The notes under the pieces were generated by a model. That model had not been told where the DNA came from. It made no database searches and saw nothing but the letters and a program-made list of their open reading frames with translations. This document shows positions 1 to 12,688 of a stretch of 64,000 bases of DNA, piece by piece (position 1 is the first letter of the stretch; each line of letters starts with the position of its first letter). The translations under genes were made by a program, and so were the position numbers. Source of the DNA: Hypanus sabinus (lineage: Eukaryota); the NCBI RefSeq assembly GCF_030144855.1, contig NC_082712.1, forward strand, positions 12,338,001-12,402,000, given 5' to 3'.

Positions 1-1139
1 GATCAATTAACGTGATCCACGGCAGTTGCACAATGAGACCAAATCCGGCATCCCTCTTCACTTATAATTTTGGAAGGGAATAGGATCGAGACATGAACGG
101 AATTCCCAAAGGGTAGATTTTATCATCGGTGTCAGCGTTCGACACAGATATGGTTTTCAGCCCATGTACACATCAAATTGGAAGCTTTACAGTAACGCAG
201 CAATAGAGGTAGTGGTGTTGATAGGAAGCCGAATGGCCTTAGGCTATAGGATAGTATTGATCGAATAGTATGGTTCTTAGATTAAGACCATAAAACAAAG
301 GAGCAGAAATAGAAGATTCAGCCATTCTATTCTGCTCTGACATTCGACTGTGGTTAATTTACTATACCTATCAACCACACTCTCCTGCCCTCATCCCCTA
401 TGGTTCTCCGCCTTACATACATCCAGACAGACAGACATACTTTATTGATCCCGAGGGAAATTGGGTTTCATTACAGTAAATTCCACAGACTCAGCCACCT
501 GCGGTGTAAGGAAATTTCTCGTAATCTCTGATCTAGGGGGACGTCTTTGTATGAATGGCAGAGTGAAGTAATTCTGGCTGGGAAGTGGGTACAAAAATCC
601 TGGGTGCAACGTAAATGCAACGTATTCTGTAATGGATCAAGGTTGTAAATTAAGGAGGAACCTGATTATCAGTAATATAAGAAAAAGTTACGTGAGTTGA
701 ATCACTTTTCGATTGTTAATATGTTTGAAGCGGTTATGACGACAGTTTAAACTGGATTACGGTGAAGGGAGATATGGCAGAGATTCAGTCAGGAGCCAGA
801 TCTCTGAGAGATTTGCGTCGTGGGCGAGCTTTGTGGAGAATGAGAAGAGCAGAATCACCCCGGGTTGACTGATTGCCCTGGTCCCAGTGCACGTGGGATG
901 GCGGGAGTCGAGACTTCCCTGTATTGCTTTTTCCGCGGAGGTCCGGAGTGACATTTTGTGCACATCAGAGATTAGATTTGTAGTTAGAACATAGAACATT
1001 ACAGCAGAGTTCAGGCCCTTCGGCCCACGATGTTGTGCCGAGCTGTCAGCCTTCTCTAAGCTCAAGCTATTATTTATTATGTGATGGTTTACAGACACAG
1101 GGCTGAGCAGTCCCTACCAGCCCACCGAGCCGTGACACC

Positions 1140-1372
1140 TAGCACCTCACCGATGTAATCCCAGCCTAATCACCGGACGATTTAAAATTAACAATTAACC
1201 TGCTGACGTCTTTAGATTGTGGGATGGAACCGTAGCAGCTGGAGGAAACCCACCCGCACACAGGAAGAACGTACACAGTTCCTAACAAAGGACGCCAGAA
1301 ATGAACTTCGAACTGACGCCCAATGTGTAATCGCATCGTGCTAACCGCTGCGCTACTGTGGCGTCCTAACCC
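1140..1372 (-). mobile_element. Degenerate tRNA-derived V-SINE-like element (paralog at ~21480-21630)
   Basis: Reverse complement carries a gggtttcctccagctgctacggttccatcccac core and a tRNA-like head. Confidence 0.55.
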
Positions 1373-1689
1373 ATCCCTCCTGCAGATCCTCACATTTATC
1401 TCTCATTCAGTAGGTATTTAGCGGGTACATTCAATCCAAAAGGTATCTCAAAACGCTAAGCAGCTTACAAACACTTCTGAAGCAGTCACTCTTATGATGT
1501 AGTAGTCACTCTGATGAGTATTTCTGTGGAGATCCAACAAACAGTGATCGGGCAGCGAGTTTTTGTTGACAACTAAAGACTGGGACGCCTCAAGTGTTTG
1601 AATCACGTCCCAGCGCCCACCGACCGTCCCAGTGAATCGGATTAGAGTCACGTCACGGCCTGAGCCTTCAGCATTATTACATACAGTAC

Positions 1690-1789
1690 CCGAGTAGATC
1701 ACAGTAGAGAACGGCGCCCATCAATCAAAAGCCGAGAGTTTTCAGTCCGAGTGGGATACACAACGTCAGCACGGCACAAGCGTCTGTCC
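1690..1789 (-). pseudogene. Paralogous TM exon with in-frame TGA
   Basis: Same acceptor as 22119. Encodes GTDACAVLTLCIPLGLKTLGF*LMGAVLYCDLL, with the TGA at 1725-1727 and a 3-nt deletion relative to the 22 kb copy. Confidence 0.7.
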
Positions 1790-2024
1790 CTGAAGAGAAA
1801 GTGAGACAAGTCAATCCAGACTCAGGGAAAGGGGGAGAGACTGACTGAAATCTGTAGGTGTCGAGACATACATATAATGTAGCAGATTTACCCTGACGGA
1901 GCTACGGAAGATAACGTGTATGTGAAAGAAGAAGAAAAGGATATTACTAAGAATGTGGAGATCACAGTGACATGAATTAAACATTAGAACAGGAAGTTTA
2001 GCCTGGAGTCAGATCATAGATTAT

Positions 2025-2460
2025 AAGATATAGGAGCAAACCTGTCCATTCGGCCCAACAGGTCTGCTCCCCATTCCATTATGGCTGGTTAGTTATCCCT
2101 CTCAACCATTCTCCCGTCATCTCGCCGTAAACCTCCGCAGTCATCTACGTCAATGTATTCCACATATCCACCACCATCTGGCTAAATAAATTCCTCCTCA
2201 TCTCCGTTCTAAGGGACTTCCCGGTTTCTGAGGCTGTTCCCTCTGGTTCTTGACTCCCCCGCTATATGAACACTCTCCACATCCATTCTATGCAGGCCTT
2301 TCCACATTCGATAAGTTTCAATGGGACCACCCTCTCCCCACCCCCCCACACCCCCACATTTTTCTAAACTCCAGCGGCAGGCCCAGAGCTGTCAGATGTT
2401 CCTCATACATTAACCATTTCATTCCAGGAATCATTCTCCTGAAACGCCCCTGGAGATAGA
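2025..2460 (-). mobile_element. CR1 LINE 3' fragment
   Basis: RFRRMIPGMKWLMYEEHLTALGL motif and a CR1 3' terminus. Confidence 0.75.
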
Positions 2461-2979
2461 TAGAATATATTGTACTCCAGTTTTCAAACACTCCCTTATT
2501 TAAAACCATGACAAATTATTGTCCTTCCGCTCTACCATATTCCGACTGACTTTCGGATCTTCTGCATATTACCCCACTGGGTAAAGTTCCCTTTCATTTG
2601 TAATGACCAGTGTGTGGAAATTTTTTCTTTGGCCAGTGACAGCAACCTGTGTGCAGTGAATAATTTCGTCAATAAAAAATAGTATAACTAAGCCCGTTCT
2701 AAAATCTGGAGATAAATAATTGCAAACCCCATGTTGTCAACTCCTTCCGCCTCAGAAACTGGAAAAGGAAATGTGACCGTGTATGATCGAGGAATATACT
2801 TAACATGCCAGCAAGGGAGAGGGTGACAACCTTCTGAGCGCAGTTTAAATTCCTCTGTGTGTCAGTAGCAGAAGATGTCTGTGCGTGGACACATGCACAC
2901 GAGGGGGAACATTATACCCCAGATGAACACTTGACAGTCCCTCACATAACTATAGTAAGGGATCTTTACTCCATTAGTG

Positions 2980-5900
2980 TCATAGAGAAGTACAGCACAT
3001 AAACAGGCCCTTTGCCCATCTAGTCCATACTGAAACCATTTTAACTGTTTATTCCTTTCGAGTTACACCGGGGCCATCGGCATCCATGTACCCATCTAAA
3101 CTTCTCTCTGAAACATTGAAATCACGGTTGCATGCACCACTTGTACTGGCAGCTCGTTCCACACACTCACGGCCCTCTGAGTGAAGAAGTTTCCCCTCAT
3201 GTACCCCTTAAACTATTCACCTTTCACCCTTAACCCATGATCTGTGGTTGTAGCCCCACCGAACCTCAGTGGGAAAAGCCTGCTTACATTAACCCTGTCT
3301 ATACCCTCAAAATGTTGTATACCTCTATCAAGTCTCCTCTCAATCTTCTACGTTCTAATGAATAAAGTAACCCATTCAATGTTTCCTTACAAACCAGGTC
3401 CTTCAGACCTGGCAACATCTTTGTAAATTTTCTCCGTATACTTTCGACCTTATTTACTTCTCTCTGGTAAGTAGTTGACCAAAACTGCACACAGTATGCC
3501 ATATTAGGCTTTACCAAATACTTATACAACCTCGACATAACATTCCATCTCCTGTACTCAATACATTTATGTACGAAGGCCAATGTAGCAGAAGTCTTAT
3601 TTACAGCCTTTATACTTGTGACACTTTTAATGAATTATGGACCAATATTCCCAGAATCTTTTTTCAAAGATTTTTTTGTAAGCCCTGATAACTTTCCCCA
3701 CTGTCCACTACAACCCCATTCTTGGTGTCATCCACAAATTTGCTGATCCAGTTAACCACAATATCATCCAGATCACTGACACAACAAAGGGCCCGGCACT
3801 GAACCCTACGGCACTCCACTAGCTGCGGACCTCCAGTCAAAGAGCTAACCATCTACTACAACTCTCTGGCATCTGCCTCAAATCCGATTTACTACATCAT
3901 CTTGGATGGACATCATCTCTACCATTTTGACCAGTCTCCCATGTGGGACTTTGTCAAAGGTTTTACTGAAGTCAATGTAGACAACATCCACTGCCTTGCC
4001 TTCTTCAAATTTTTTGGTAATGTCCTCAAAAAACTCGACCAAATTGATTAGACATAACCTACCATGCATGAACCCGTGCTGACTAACCTTAATCAGTCCA
4101 TTTCTATCGAAATACTTACATGGCCGGTCCCCTTAGAATACCTTCCTTTAGCTTTCCCACAACTGATGTCAGAATCACTGGACTATAATTTGATGGTTAA
4201 TATTTGGAACCTTTTTTTAAAAACAGCAGAACATAGGTATCCTACAATCCTCTGGTACTTTTCCCGACACTAATGATGATGTAAATATCTCTGCTAGGTC
4301 TCCGGCAATTTCTGCGTTTGCATCGCTTAGGGTCTGAGGGAATACCTTGTAAGGCCCTGGGGATTTATCCACCCTGATTTGCCTCAGGATAGCAAACACT
4401 GACTCTGCAATCTGTACAGGACCCATGAAGTTAATGTGTTTTGCTTCACTTCTATAGAATCTGTGTCCACATCTCAAGTAAATGCAGATGCAAAAAATAA
4501 TTAAAATCTCCACCATTTGTTTTTGCTCCACAGACTGATTAGCAATCTGGCCCTCCAGAGGATATTTTGTACATTGCAATCCTTTTGCTTTTAACATATT
4601 GCTGAAACCCCTAGGATTTTGCTTCACAGTTCCTGCTAGAGTAACGTCATGCCTTCTTTTAGCCTCCCTGATTACTTACTTATGTATCTCTTGCATTACT
4701 TCTACTCCATAAACTTCTCATTTGTTCCTTCCTTGTCATATGGGGGGTTTTGGGAATGGACCCAAATGCAGGACACAGACACTGAAGTACTAGGAACGGG
4801 ACGGGACAAAACTGAAGGACAGGACAGGTTGCAGACTAGGCTCGGGAAGCAGGACGTGGCCAGGTTTCTTGGAGCTTGAGGCTCGAGGCTCGAGGCTGGG
4901 CTCTTGAAGGCAGACTCGGAACCGTACATCAACATAAAGCCAGGGCTTATCCGTCGACAAGCCAGGACTCCTCTTTAACAAGACACGGTCATGAGATTGG
5001 ACAGTACATAGACACAGAGCCAGGACCTATCCTTCAACAAGCCAGGACTCAACTTTCACTCCACACCAAGGCAGGACAGGTCCTCCCATCAGAACAGCCA
5101 GAGTTACCCGATGGAGGTAAAGACAAAACAGGACAGATTCCATCTGCAGAACAGCATGACTTAACCCACAGAGGAGAGAACAAGACAGATCATCCCACAG
5201 GGCAATGGCAGAACAGCCTGACTGACTCCACAGGGTGAAGACAGGAAGAGACAAACATCAAAGAACAACAGACAGTTCCATCTCTGCATCAGGGCTGCTC
5301 CAAGTCCCAGTTACGGCCATCAACCTCGGCTGGCTACAGAAACAACCAGATCCCCACCTAGCTCGGAGAGGCTGACAGCCACCCAGCTGGCCCGGGAAGC
5401 AGCTGAATCCATACTGCAATGACAGCAAGACTCCAAGAAGCCATGGTTCTCCAATGTGGCCTAAAGCTGGCAAGTGGCTGTTCTAGCATTCCACCAGCCA
5501 TTTGCTCCCAGGGAATCTTGACAAGCCAACCCTCCAACCACATTCAATCCCTGGGCCACTGAAATACCCATCCCCAAGATGAGCATCAGCTGCTTATAGT
5601 TAAGTCCAACCAAAACAAGGGACAGCCGGAAGACCCGGAGCCCAGAGTCCACGGACTGGACTGTGACATTCCTTCATTTACCTGCTATGCACCTTCTTTC
5701 TTTCTCTTAACCCGGGCCTCATTATCCCTTCAAAATGTTGAAACAAGCTAATGGCTTTAAGGTGGCTAAATGCAGTGTTCCCCTACAGAAACTTCTGTCA
5801 CCTGTCCTATCTCATTCCCTAACAGCAGATCCTATCACACGTTCTCATTGGGACTTCCACGTACTGATGAAGATAAGTTTCTTGAACACAAACTTTATCC

Positions 5901-7330
5901 TATCTAGTCCTTTTATGCCATGGGATCCCCAGTCAATAAGTGGAAACGCAAAATCACCTCCAATACCAACCTTATGTTTATTGCAACAGTCTGCGATCTC
6001 TTTACATCTAAATCCCGCAGACTGTCAGATGGTCTGTAATATCGCCCCATTAATGTGGTCATAACTTCTTATCTCTCAGTTCCACCCATAACGCCTCTCT
6101 AGACGAGTTCACCAGTCTATCTTGATGTCCCACTGCCCTGACATTTGCTCTGACTAGTAACTCCACACTTCCTCCTTTAACCCTTCCCACTCTGTTATGT
6201 CTAAAACAACAAAACCCCTGAATATTAGGGTGCCAGTTCTGCCCCTCCTGCAACCAAGTTTCTCTCATGGCTACAATGTCATAATTCCAGGATCTGATCT
6301 GTACCCTGAGCTCATCCACCTATATTATGATACTTCTTGCATTGAAATATACGCCGCTCAGGTCATAGTCGCACCATGCTGAACTTTTTGATTCTCGACT
6401 TTGAGGTTTTTCAACATCTGTTTCCACAACCTCTCCACTAATTGTTCTGGCACTCTATTTTCCATTCCACTGCAATTCTAATTTAAATACCACCATGCAC
6501 CATTAACAATCCTTCACGCTGGGATGTTAGTTCCACACCAGTTTAGGTGCCAACCCTCCCTTCTATACCAGTCCACTTTCCTTCGAAGAGATCCCAGTGA
6601 TCCTTCACTCCTACATCAACTCCTTACCTACGTGTTAAACTGTATAATTACCTAGTTCTGGTGTCACTAGCCCGTGACACGAATACCAATCCTAGGATCA
6701 CAACCTTGGAGGTCCTGCCCTTTAACTTAGCAATTAACATTCTGAACCCCCTGTGCAGAACTCGTCACTCGTCCTTGGTACCTGCATGGATCACAACCTC
6801 TGGGTGTTCACTCTCCCAATTCAGATTGCAGAGAACTCGATCCGAGATGCCCCGGAACCTGGCAGCCGGGAAGCCACATACCATCGGGAATCTCGTTTTC
6901 ACCCACAGAGTCTCCTGTCTGCTCCACTAACTAACGAATCCCTAACAACACAGGGTGCCTTATCTCCGTACAACCCTTCTGTGTCACAGAGCCAGACTCA
7001 GTTTTAGAGAAACGCCCGCTGTGAATTTCCACTGCGAGGTCATATTCCTCCCCCATCCCGCCCCCATAGTGTCCAAAGTAATATACCTGATTTTGAGGGG
7101 GCCACAGGGGTACTCTGCACTGACTCCTTCACCCCTTTCTATTTCCTGACTGTCACCCACTTCCCTATGACCTTTCCCTTGTGTGTAACTACCTCGCTAC
7201 ATGTCCTATCTATCATCCCTTCAGCCTTTCGAATGACCAGAGTTCATCCAATTCCACTCCAACTCCTTAACACGGATTGTTAGAAGCTGCAGCTGGCTGC
7301 ACTTGTCACAATTGTAATGCCCAGAGATAC
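2980..7330 (-). mobile_element. Degenerate long CR1 LINE (RT, APE endonuclease, ORF1 remnants) interrupted by a solo LTR
   Basis: HGRLCLINLVEFFEDITK...VYIDFSKTFDKVPHGRL; DKSPGP; WNYDIVAMRETWLQEGQ; many stops and frameshifts. Confidence 0.9.
4734..5668 (-). mobile_element. Solo LTR (935 bp)
   Basis: TGT...ACA termini with a 5-bp target-site duplication TTCCT. Its end (gtgtcctgcatttgggtcc) is shared with the LTR ending at 15453. Confidence 0.85.
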
Positions 7331-7339
7331 TGAAGGAAT

Positions 7340-7712
7340 TTCACAAATCCAAAAATACATCACATTGATATACCCTGAAGACCAAAGAGATTTTGGCACG
7401 TTGGTCCTCACAAATCAAAGTATTGAGTACAAGAATTGGCATGTTATGTTCAAGTTGTATCAGATGTAAGTGGGTATTTGTGCATTTCTGGTCACCCTCC
7501 TGTAGCCAAGATATCAATAAGTTTGAAAGAGTGCCCAAAAATATGACAAGATGTGTTGGTCTTGGGGACCTGAGCTACAGGGAAAAGTTACATACGTTAG
7601 GACCTTATTGTCTGAAGTGCAGGAGAATAAGAGGACATTTGATGAAGCGATACAAAGCTATGAGAGGAGTAGAACAGGTCCATCCATCCGCCAAAAGCAG
7701 AACCTCCAAGTG
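7340..7712 (+). mobile_element. CR1 RT 3' fragment
   Basis: VHFWSPSCSQDINKFERVPKNMTR...LSYREKLHTLG. Confidence 0.8.
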
Positions 7713-7719
7713 ACACAAC

Positions 7720-8222
7720 ATTTGAAATCTGATTTCCAACCTGTTCTGACATCTCAGTCTATGGCCTCATTTTCTGTCACAATGAAGCCACCCTCAAGAT
7801 GAGGAGCAACACATTATATTCCATCTGCGAAGCCTCCAACCTAATGGCATGAATGTTGATTTCTCCTTCTGGTACAAAAATTCCCCCACCCCTGTTCTTC
7901 TATTCCCCAATCGGAACCCTTACCTCTTCTCAACTTATCTATCACCTGCCCCTGGTGCCCTTTCTCCTTCCCTGTCTCTTATGGTTCACTCTCCTCTCCT
8001 GTCAGGTATCTTCATCTCCTGCCCTTTGTCGTTCCCACCCACCTCACTTCACCTATTACTTTCCAGCTATCCTTCTTCCCCTCAATCCACATGTTCATTC
8101 TGGAGCCTTCCGCCTTCCATTCCCGTCCCGAAATGCCGACGGTTTGTTCATTGTCACGGACGATGCCTGTCCTGCTGTGTTCCTCCTGCATTTTGTGCAT
8201 GCTGCTTTCGGTTTGCAGGATC
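7720..8222 (+). mobile_element. Penelope-like element 3' fragment/derived SINE
   Basis: agccaccctcaagatgaggagcaacac...ggcatgaatgttgatttctcc, ending in ctgctgtgttcctcctgcattttgtg, like the 3' end of the PLE at 55-57 kb. Confidence 0.7.
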
Positions 8223-8224
8223 TG

Positions 8225-8535
8225 TGAAATTCCAAGTGTTATGGACAGGGTAAATGCAAGGAGGCCTTTCCCCCGGAGGACGAGCGCGATCAGAACTAGA
8301 CGTCAGGATACCGGGTGAAGGGTGAAATGTTCAGAGTGAACATGAGGGAGTGTTTTTTACTCAGTATGTGGTGAGAACGTGGATGGACTGCCAGCGTAAG
8401 TAACGGATGCGGGATCAATTTCACCCCCTAATGCGGATGTGAGGGGTGTGAAGGGCTGTGGTACCACTGAATTTCCATGGGACTAGGCAGCACAATTGTT
8501 CAGCATAGACTAGATGGACCGATTGGCCTGCTCAT
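8225..8535 (+). mobile_element. CR1 3' end fragment
   Basis: gggagtgttttttactcag...gtggtgagaacgtggatggactgcc terminal motif. Confidence 0.65.
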
Positions 8536-8555
8536 GTGCTGTACTGTTCAACTGT

Positions 8556-8880
8556 TGTCAGGGCAAGAGGCTTATTTCACAATAGGTCCATTGAGATGTC
8601 CCATCGAAGCTGACCTTGAGCCTGGTGGTCGGTGATTTCAGGCTCTGGCATCTGGAGAGGACAGATGAGAGGACCTCCGGGGTATTCGGGCTGTCTGGTT
8701 CTGCTGGCCCTTTACCGAGACAAAGTCCGCAGAGGGGAAGCTGGTTCCTGAGATGTGCTGAGCTGTGTCTACGGATTCTATGGTTTCGTGCAGAATAATT
8801 CCCACAGCAAGGCATTATATATCCAATGCTTTCTATTGTGCATCGATAAAACTTGTAATCTGCATCGCGAGCATGCAAAC
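8556..8880 (-). mobile_element. Rex1/Babar (RTE-like) LINE 3' fragment
   Basis: FYRCTIESI...CGNYSARNHR...KSPTTRLKVSF. Confidence 0.7.
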
Positions 8881-8909
8881 ATTCTTTGTTTGTGCCCTAC
8901 GTTTGGGTC

Positions 8910-11889
8910 TGTGGTACACTATGTATACCTGTCTGAACACGCCCCTCTGCTGACTGATCCTGTGGCTCCTCCCACAGATCCCTGAATAAAGGCGATTGGG
9001 GCACTGCGCCTCCGTCCGTCTCCGAGATGTCGTGCTCCCTCTTACTGCTAATGGAAGCCTATCGTTCACTTCTAGTCTCTGAGAGTTATTGATGGTGCAT
9101 CAATTTTATTAGCAGCAATTTTAAAACATGGAGAGCATTTTACGACCCGACAGATTGGGATCTCGACCCTCAATCCCAGGAAGGTGGCGACGCTTTTGAA
9201 CTCTGGCTATCAAGCTTCGAATCGTACCTGGAGGAGATTCACGTGACCGATCCTGCCACGATGAGGGTCTACTCCATGATCAGAGACCAAACGGACTATC
9301 GGGGTGCGATGGATGCCCTCAAAAGGCAATACCGGCAGCCGGTGAACACCGTCTACGCAAGACATCGCTTAGCGATGCGGCGGTAGCGGGCCCGTGAGTC
9401 GAGCGCTGAGTTTGTCCAGGCCCTACAGACACTCTTGCGGGCCTGTGACTGCAGGGGACTGACGGCGGAACAGCATGCAGAGCTGCTAGTAAGAGATACC
9501 TTCGTTACGGGGATCAGTTCAGTGCACATGCATCAGCGGCTGCTGGAACACGCTGATCTTACCTTACATTCAGTGATCGAGCTGGCCGACAGGCTGGAGG
9601 CCACTCTGCACAATGCTGATGCTGTCCAGACACGCGATCTCCCGCCGGCCTCATAGACGCTGCAGACCCCGCAACCCACCGGCAAATCGACCTCGGCTGC
9701 TGCCAGTCGCAAGTCCGCGCAGTGTAACTTCTGCGGACTCGAAAAAGCACCCCCGAAAACACTGCCCAGCCCGAGAAGCTACCTGTTCCAGCTGCGGAAA
9801 GAAGGGCCACTTCGCCAAGGCCTGAAATTCCAAACCGTGAGTGGGGTCGAGCAGCGCCGCGTGCGAGGCATGGGGGTCACCATCTATGTCGGCGCCACCT
9901 GGCCTTGCCTCCGACCCACGGGTGCTTACCAGGCACCAAGACGGTGATTCAACTCTGGCCTCTGTGACCCTCGACCAACGCGCTCCACACCAGCTCGCAA
10001 GGTCAATGATGGACATCCTGGTGGAGGGGCACAGGACTCGCTGCCTGTTTGACACGGGCAGCACTGAGAGTTTTATTCACCCGGACACGGTGCAACGCTG
10101 CGGACTTGTGACACGGCCTGTAAGCCAGAGGCTCTATCACTTCCTGCGCGTCCCCTTCAGTATCACAAATGGTGTCCCTGTTTTCCAGAGAGAAATGGAC
10201 CAGATGGTGGACCAGCGCCAACTAAAGGCCACGTTCCCATATCTGGATAACATTACCATCTGCGGTCACGACTGGCAGGATTTGACACTAACCTCCAACA
10301 AATTTTCCAAATGGCCAAAGCTGTTAACCTTACCTACAACAAGGACAAGTGTGTGCTCGGAACCACCCAACTTGCGATCCTTGGGTATGTTGTGGAGAAC
10401 GGAGTCATTGGCCCTGACCCCTACCCAATGCACCCCTTGTTGGAACTCCCTCTTTCCACCACCCTCAGAGCCCTCAAATGGTGCCTGGGCTTCTTTTCCG
10501 ATTACGCCCAATGGGTCCCTCACTATGCAGACAAGGCCTGCTCCCTGGTCAAGTCCACCGCACTTCCCCTCTCTGCGGAGGCCTGGGCAGCCTTCAGCCG
10601 CATTAAAGGGGACATTGCCAAAGCAACGATGCATGCGGTGGATGAGACCATTCCATTCCAAGTAGAGAGTGACGCCTCCGACTTTGCGCTGGCTGCTATC
10701 CTCAATCAGGCAGGAAGGCCGGTATCATTCTTCTCTCGTACCCTTCAGGGCCCTGAAATCCAGCACTCCGCAGTGGAGAAAGAAGCCCAGGCCATAGTGG
10801 AAGCTATTAGGCACTGGAGGCACCATCTCGCCAGCAAAAGGTTCACCTTGCTGACCGACCAGCGCTCAGTTGCGTTCATGTTTAGCAACCAACAGCGGGG
10901 CAAAATCAAAATGATAAAATTTTGAGGTGGAGAATCAAACTCTGCACCTACAACTATGACATCCTGTACCGGCCTGGCAGGCTCAATGAGCCCCTGATGC
11001 CCTATTCCGGGGAACATGAGCCAGCGCGCAGCTCGACCGGCTATATGCCCTCTATGCAGGTCTTTGCCACCCGGGGGTCACCCGGCTTTACCATTTCGTG
11101 AAAGCCCAGAACTGCCTTACTCCCTTGAGGAAATCAGGACGATGATCAGGGACTGTCAAGTCTGCGCTGAGTGCAAACCGCACTTCTACCGTCCTGAAAA
11201 GGCACAACTTATCAAGGCCACTCACCCCTTTGAGCGACTGAGTGTGGAATTTAAGGGCCCCCTTCCCTCCACCGACCGCAATGTCTACTTCCTCAACATT
11301 ATCGACGAGTACTCTCAGTTCCCCTTTGCCATCCCCTGCCCCGATACCACTGCCACGTCCGTCATAAAAGCCCTGCGCCAGCTCTTCACTCTGTTCGGAT
11401 ATCCCTGCTATATCCACAGTGACAGAGGGTCCTCGTTTATAAGTGACGAGCTGCGCCAATACCTGCTGGCTAGGGGTATTGCTACTGGTAGGACCACGAG
11501 CTATAATCCCCGGGGGAATGGACAGGTGGAGAGGGAGAATGCCACGGTGTGGAAGGCCACACTTTTAGCCCTTAGGTCAAAGGGATTGCCGGTCTCTCGC
11601 TGGCAGGAGGTCCTCCCCGAGGCGCTCCACTCCATCCGCTCCCTGTTATGCACGTCCACCGATGCCACCCCTCATGAGCGACTCTTTTCTTTTCCCAGAA
11701 AGTCTGCCACTGGGACCACCCTACCGGCTTGGCTGACGTTGCCAGGGCCAGTGCTGCTCCGGAAACATGTGACGAGCAATAAATACTCCCCGATGGTCGA
11801 GCGGGTTCACCTACTTCATGCGAACCCCCAGTATGCCTACGTGGTCTTACCTGATGGGCATCCATCCGAGAGTTATTGATGGTGCATCA
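8910..11889 (+). mobile_element. Gypsy (Mag-like) LTR retrotransposon, internally deleted and decayed
   Basis: 5' LTR 8910-9102 (TG...CA); gag from ATG 9128 with tandem zinc knuckles (CNFC...CPAREATCSSCGKKGHFAKA); protease LFDTGS; partial RT (FPYLDNITI); RNase H (VESDASDFALAAIL); integrase (IIDEYSQFPFA, IHSDRGSSF, GQVERENA). Only 22 bp of the 3' LTR remain (11868-11889). TSD GGGTC. Confidence 0.92.
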
Positions 11890-12688
11890 GGGTCCTTCCC
11901 CAGCAGCCTTGCCCCTACATTGTGACAGAGCGCTCTCGCCGAACATGGACCCAGCAGACACAAACACTGTTTTTTCAAACTCTCGTTAGCCAGAATCCCG
12001 CACAGAGTGCAATTCAAGATCGTGACTCAAAGTCCCAGTTATCACTTCAGCCACGGGGTAAATACGTCAGTTATATAAGGTCAAGGTATTGTTCTGTTTT
12101 GCCCGCCGATCAAAACCCCCTTCACCCACCCGGGTCATTGATAATCCGGGCAAACCTGTTGGTCGCCTGGAGGCTCCCATTGGGGGGTGGATACTGTCAG
12201 GGTCCGGATTGGGTTCACTTTAAATTTACCTTGTTTGTGTTACGATCCGACCGTTGGATCCTTGTTTTCCTTTAATTCCTGGTTTTCCCGTGTCCCTTGG
12301 GCTTGGTGATTAAAGGCAATTTACTCGCGACCGAACCGGCAGTTTATAAGTTTCCGGCTTCAGCCGTTCAGCGAGTGAGTGTTAACGAAGTTGGTGTGAG
12401 TCAAAGTCATCCAGCCGGAGCAAGCCACGTCTCCTCCTGAAGGAAGTACCAGCAATCCCGAGCAGGTCCGGCAAGGTTAACCCGCCAGGGTGAGTCAAGA
12501 GCTCACCGCTGCTTGGGGCAAACTTGTGCCCAGTTATAGTACCGTCTATCGTTGTGTTGTCTCCGTATCCATGTCCTGTGTTGCAAAGCGTCCTGACACT
12601 GTGTCAAGAAGAGTCCCGACTCCGTCCTGTGCCTAAGGAGGATTCCCGTCCAATGCTTTCTATCCTGTGTCTGACTCTGTGTCGTGAA

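Larger units (their letters stand above)
1..2000. repeat. Old segmental duplicate of ~20270-22310 (TM exon plus downstream intron/3' region)
   Basis: Collinear blocks, e.g. tgaatggcagagtgaa (552/20821), cagtttaaactggatta (744/21080), cccagtgcacgtgggatg (883/21221), gtcactcttatgatg (1485/21841). Roughly 75-80% identical by eye. Confidence 0.85.

Noticed and set aside
757-1098. 113-aa minus-strand ORF in the duplicated 3' block
   Set aside because: The frame is not open in the paralogous 21.1-21.4 kb copy and no motif is recognisable.
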